Shown piece after piece: positions 63,065 through 64,000 of a stretch of DNA of 64,000 nt. Each line of letters opens with the position of its first letter. Position 1 is the stretch's first letter. This DNA comes from an uncultured Desulfurococcaceae archaeon. GTDB taxonomy: Archaea; Thermoproteota; Thermoprotei_A; Sulfolobales; NBVN01. The notes under the pieces are model-generated. The model worked only from the letters and a program-made list of their open reading frames with translations. It did no database searches and was not told the origin of the DNA. Location of the stretch: positions 38,393 through 102,392 of the forward strand of contig CAZXJO010000006.1 in NCBI GenBank assembly GCA_964641155.1, in the 5' to 3' direction. The position numbers and the translations under genes are program-made.

Positions 63065-63184
63065 CAGAGAAATTGAACACTATTTTTATTTTTAACTAAT
63101 TCTGATTGGGATAGTGTAGGACATCGTGAATTATTTCGTGGATTAGTCAGTGATTAATGATCTTTCAGGACATACTCATAACGT

Positions 63185-63652
63185 TTAAGATGCTAGGGTC
63201 TCCTTAATGTTGGGGGTCTCCTTAACTATCCTGAACGCTATGTTCGTTACCGACCTCTTTATGTACTGATGCTTTAGTAACCTCTTGATGAACTTATCTA
63301 ACTCTTCCATAGTCTTGAACGTTGTTAGAATGGCAATGTCGTACTCCCCCGTTATGTCGTAAACCGCTCTCACGTTCGGTTCAGAAGTTAACATTTTCTC
63401 AACCTCCTCGATATGCGCTCCATCAACCTGAAGCAATGTTATAGCGTTTACCTGATACCGCAGTTTCGAGTAGTCAATCAGGGCAGCGTAGCCCTTAATC
63501 ACCCCCAACCTCTCAAGCTTCCTTAACCTACTGAGTACTGTTGACGGTGCTCTCTTAACGATTTTCGAGATCTCCCTAACACTCAACCTGGCGTTATCCT
63601 TAAGCAGGTTAATGATGGCCAAGTCCAGTTCATCTAGCCCGACCTCACCCAC
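63185..63652 (-). CDS. Lrp/AsnC-family transcriptional regulator
   Basis: LDELDLAIINLLKDNARLSVREISKIVKRAPSTVLSRLRKLERLGVIKGY is the HTH_AsnC domain, followed by an RAM domain. GTG at 63652, preceded by GGAGGT, is preferred over the 63727 ORF start. Confidence 0.85.
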   Translation of the reverse strand: MGEVGLDELDLAIINLLKDNARLSVREISKIVKRAPSTVLSRLRKLERLGVIKGYAALIDYSKLRYQVNAITLLQVDGAHIEEVEKMLTSEPNVRAVYDITGEYDIAILTTFKTMEELDKFIKRLLKHQYIKRSVTNIAFRIVKETPNIKETLAS

Positions 63653-63814
63653 CCACAAACAACCTCCTAGTAGTAGTTTCCATTCATCATAATTAAGTGT
63701 TAATAATCCGAACGTGGTACCTTTCACGTATTTCTAAATCACCGCATAAACAGCTTCCCGTAATTGCTGCTTGTTGCAACTTAAATTAAAAATTGTAGAA
63801 GATTAGTGTTTGAC

Positions 63815-64000
63815 TTACCTTAATCTTACTTTAACACCTAACCCTGGTTCGTTAAATACTTCCAGGGCTCCATTCTCCATTTTAATTCCTACCGCCGGGT
63901 TGCCCTCTAGAAGTAGCAGTAACCTTCCTACCTCACTTATGGTTATGTTTGGTCTCGAGAAGTGTTTGTGGAGTCCTGCATCCCCTACAAATATACCGGA
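63815..64000 (-). CDS. C-terminal fragment of an enolase-superfamily (mandelate racemase/muconate-lactonizing-like) enzyme
   Basis: The reverse translation ends ...GNPAVGIKMENGALEVFNEPGLGVKVRLR*. The (x)PGLGV(x) tail is typical of MR/MLE C-termini. The gene continues beyond the window. Confidence 0.45.
   Translation of the reverse strand, partial: SGIFVGDAGLHKHFSRPNITISEVGRLLLLLEGNPAVGIKMENGALEVFNEPGLGVKVRLR

Overview
Gene-dense archaeal chromosome segment. Gene content suggests a thermophilic crenarchaeote, possibly Thermoproteales-like, but this taxonomic guess is inference only. The markers are L15e/L37e/S6e, RNase P proteins Rpp30 and Pop5, aCPSF1, proteasome beta, G1P dehydrogenase, C/D box sRNAs, a class III signal-peptide pilin and an ATTGAAAG-type CRISPR repeat. 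Most of the window is core housekeeping and transport. This includes an L15e / COG1325 / Rpp30 / Pop5 superoperon fragment, thrB, a NOL1/NOP2/Sun RNA methyltransferase and a methylmalonyl-CoA mutase + epimerase operon. It also includes pcm, psmB + aCPSF1, MoaB, D-aminoacylase + TAXI-TRAP transporter, tRNA-Ala(GGC), Sm + L37e, S6e and egsA. Further genes are MATE/MFS/EamA/SSS/CstA transporters, DtxR-FeoABC, BirA, an M20 peptidase, an FGGY kinase, NUDIX, a ThiW-type ECF transporter operon, creatininase and Lrp. No transposase, integrase or cas gene is visible. The least ordinary stretch is about 25.2-28.3 kb. It holds a triplicated degenerate tandem-repeat gene that needs one frameshift to read through, an orphan two-repeat CRISPR-like mini-array, and an 870-bp ORF-free region packed with strong hairpins and inverted repeats. 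Adjacent to it on the minus strand is an operon of unknown protein / B12-domain-like radical SAM / wHTH / secreted thioredoxin-CcdA fusion. Other items worth a second look: a 4xCBS protein fused to an HPF/YfiA-like ribosome-binding module, and a C/D box sRNA whose guide matches the 16S 530 loop, sitting in a 560-bp ORF-free gap. There is also an uncharacterised P-loop NTPase embedded in the ThiW-ECF operon, two genes whose conserved N-termini lie upstream of any canonical start codon, and paired palindromic operators in the dtxR/feo locus. All functional calls rest on motif recognition by eye; no database search was possible.
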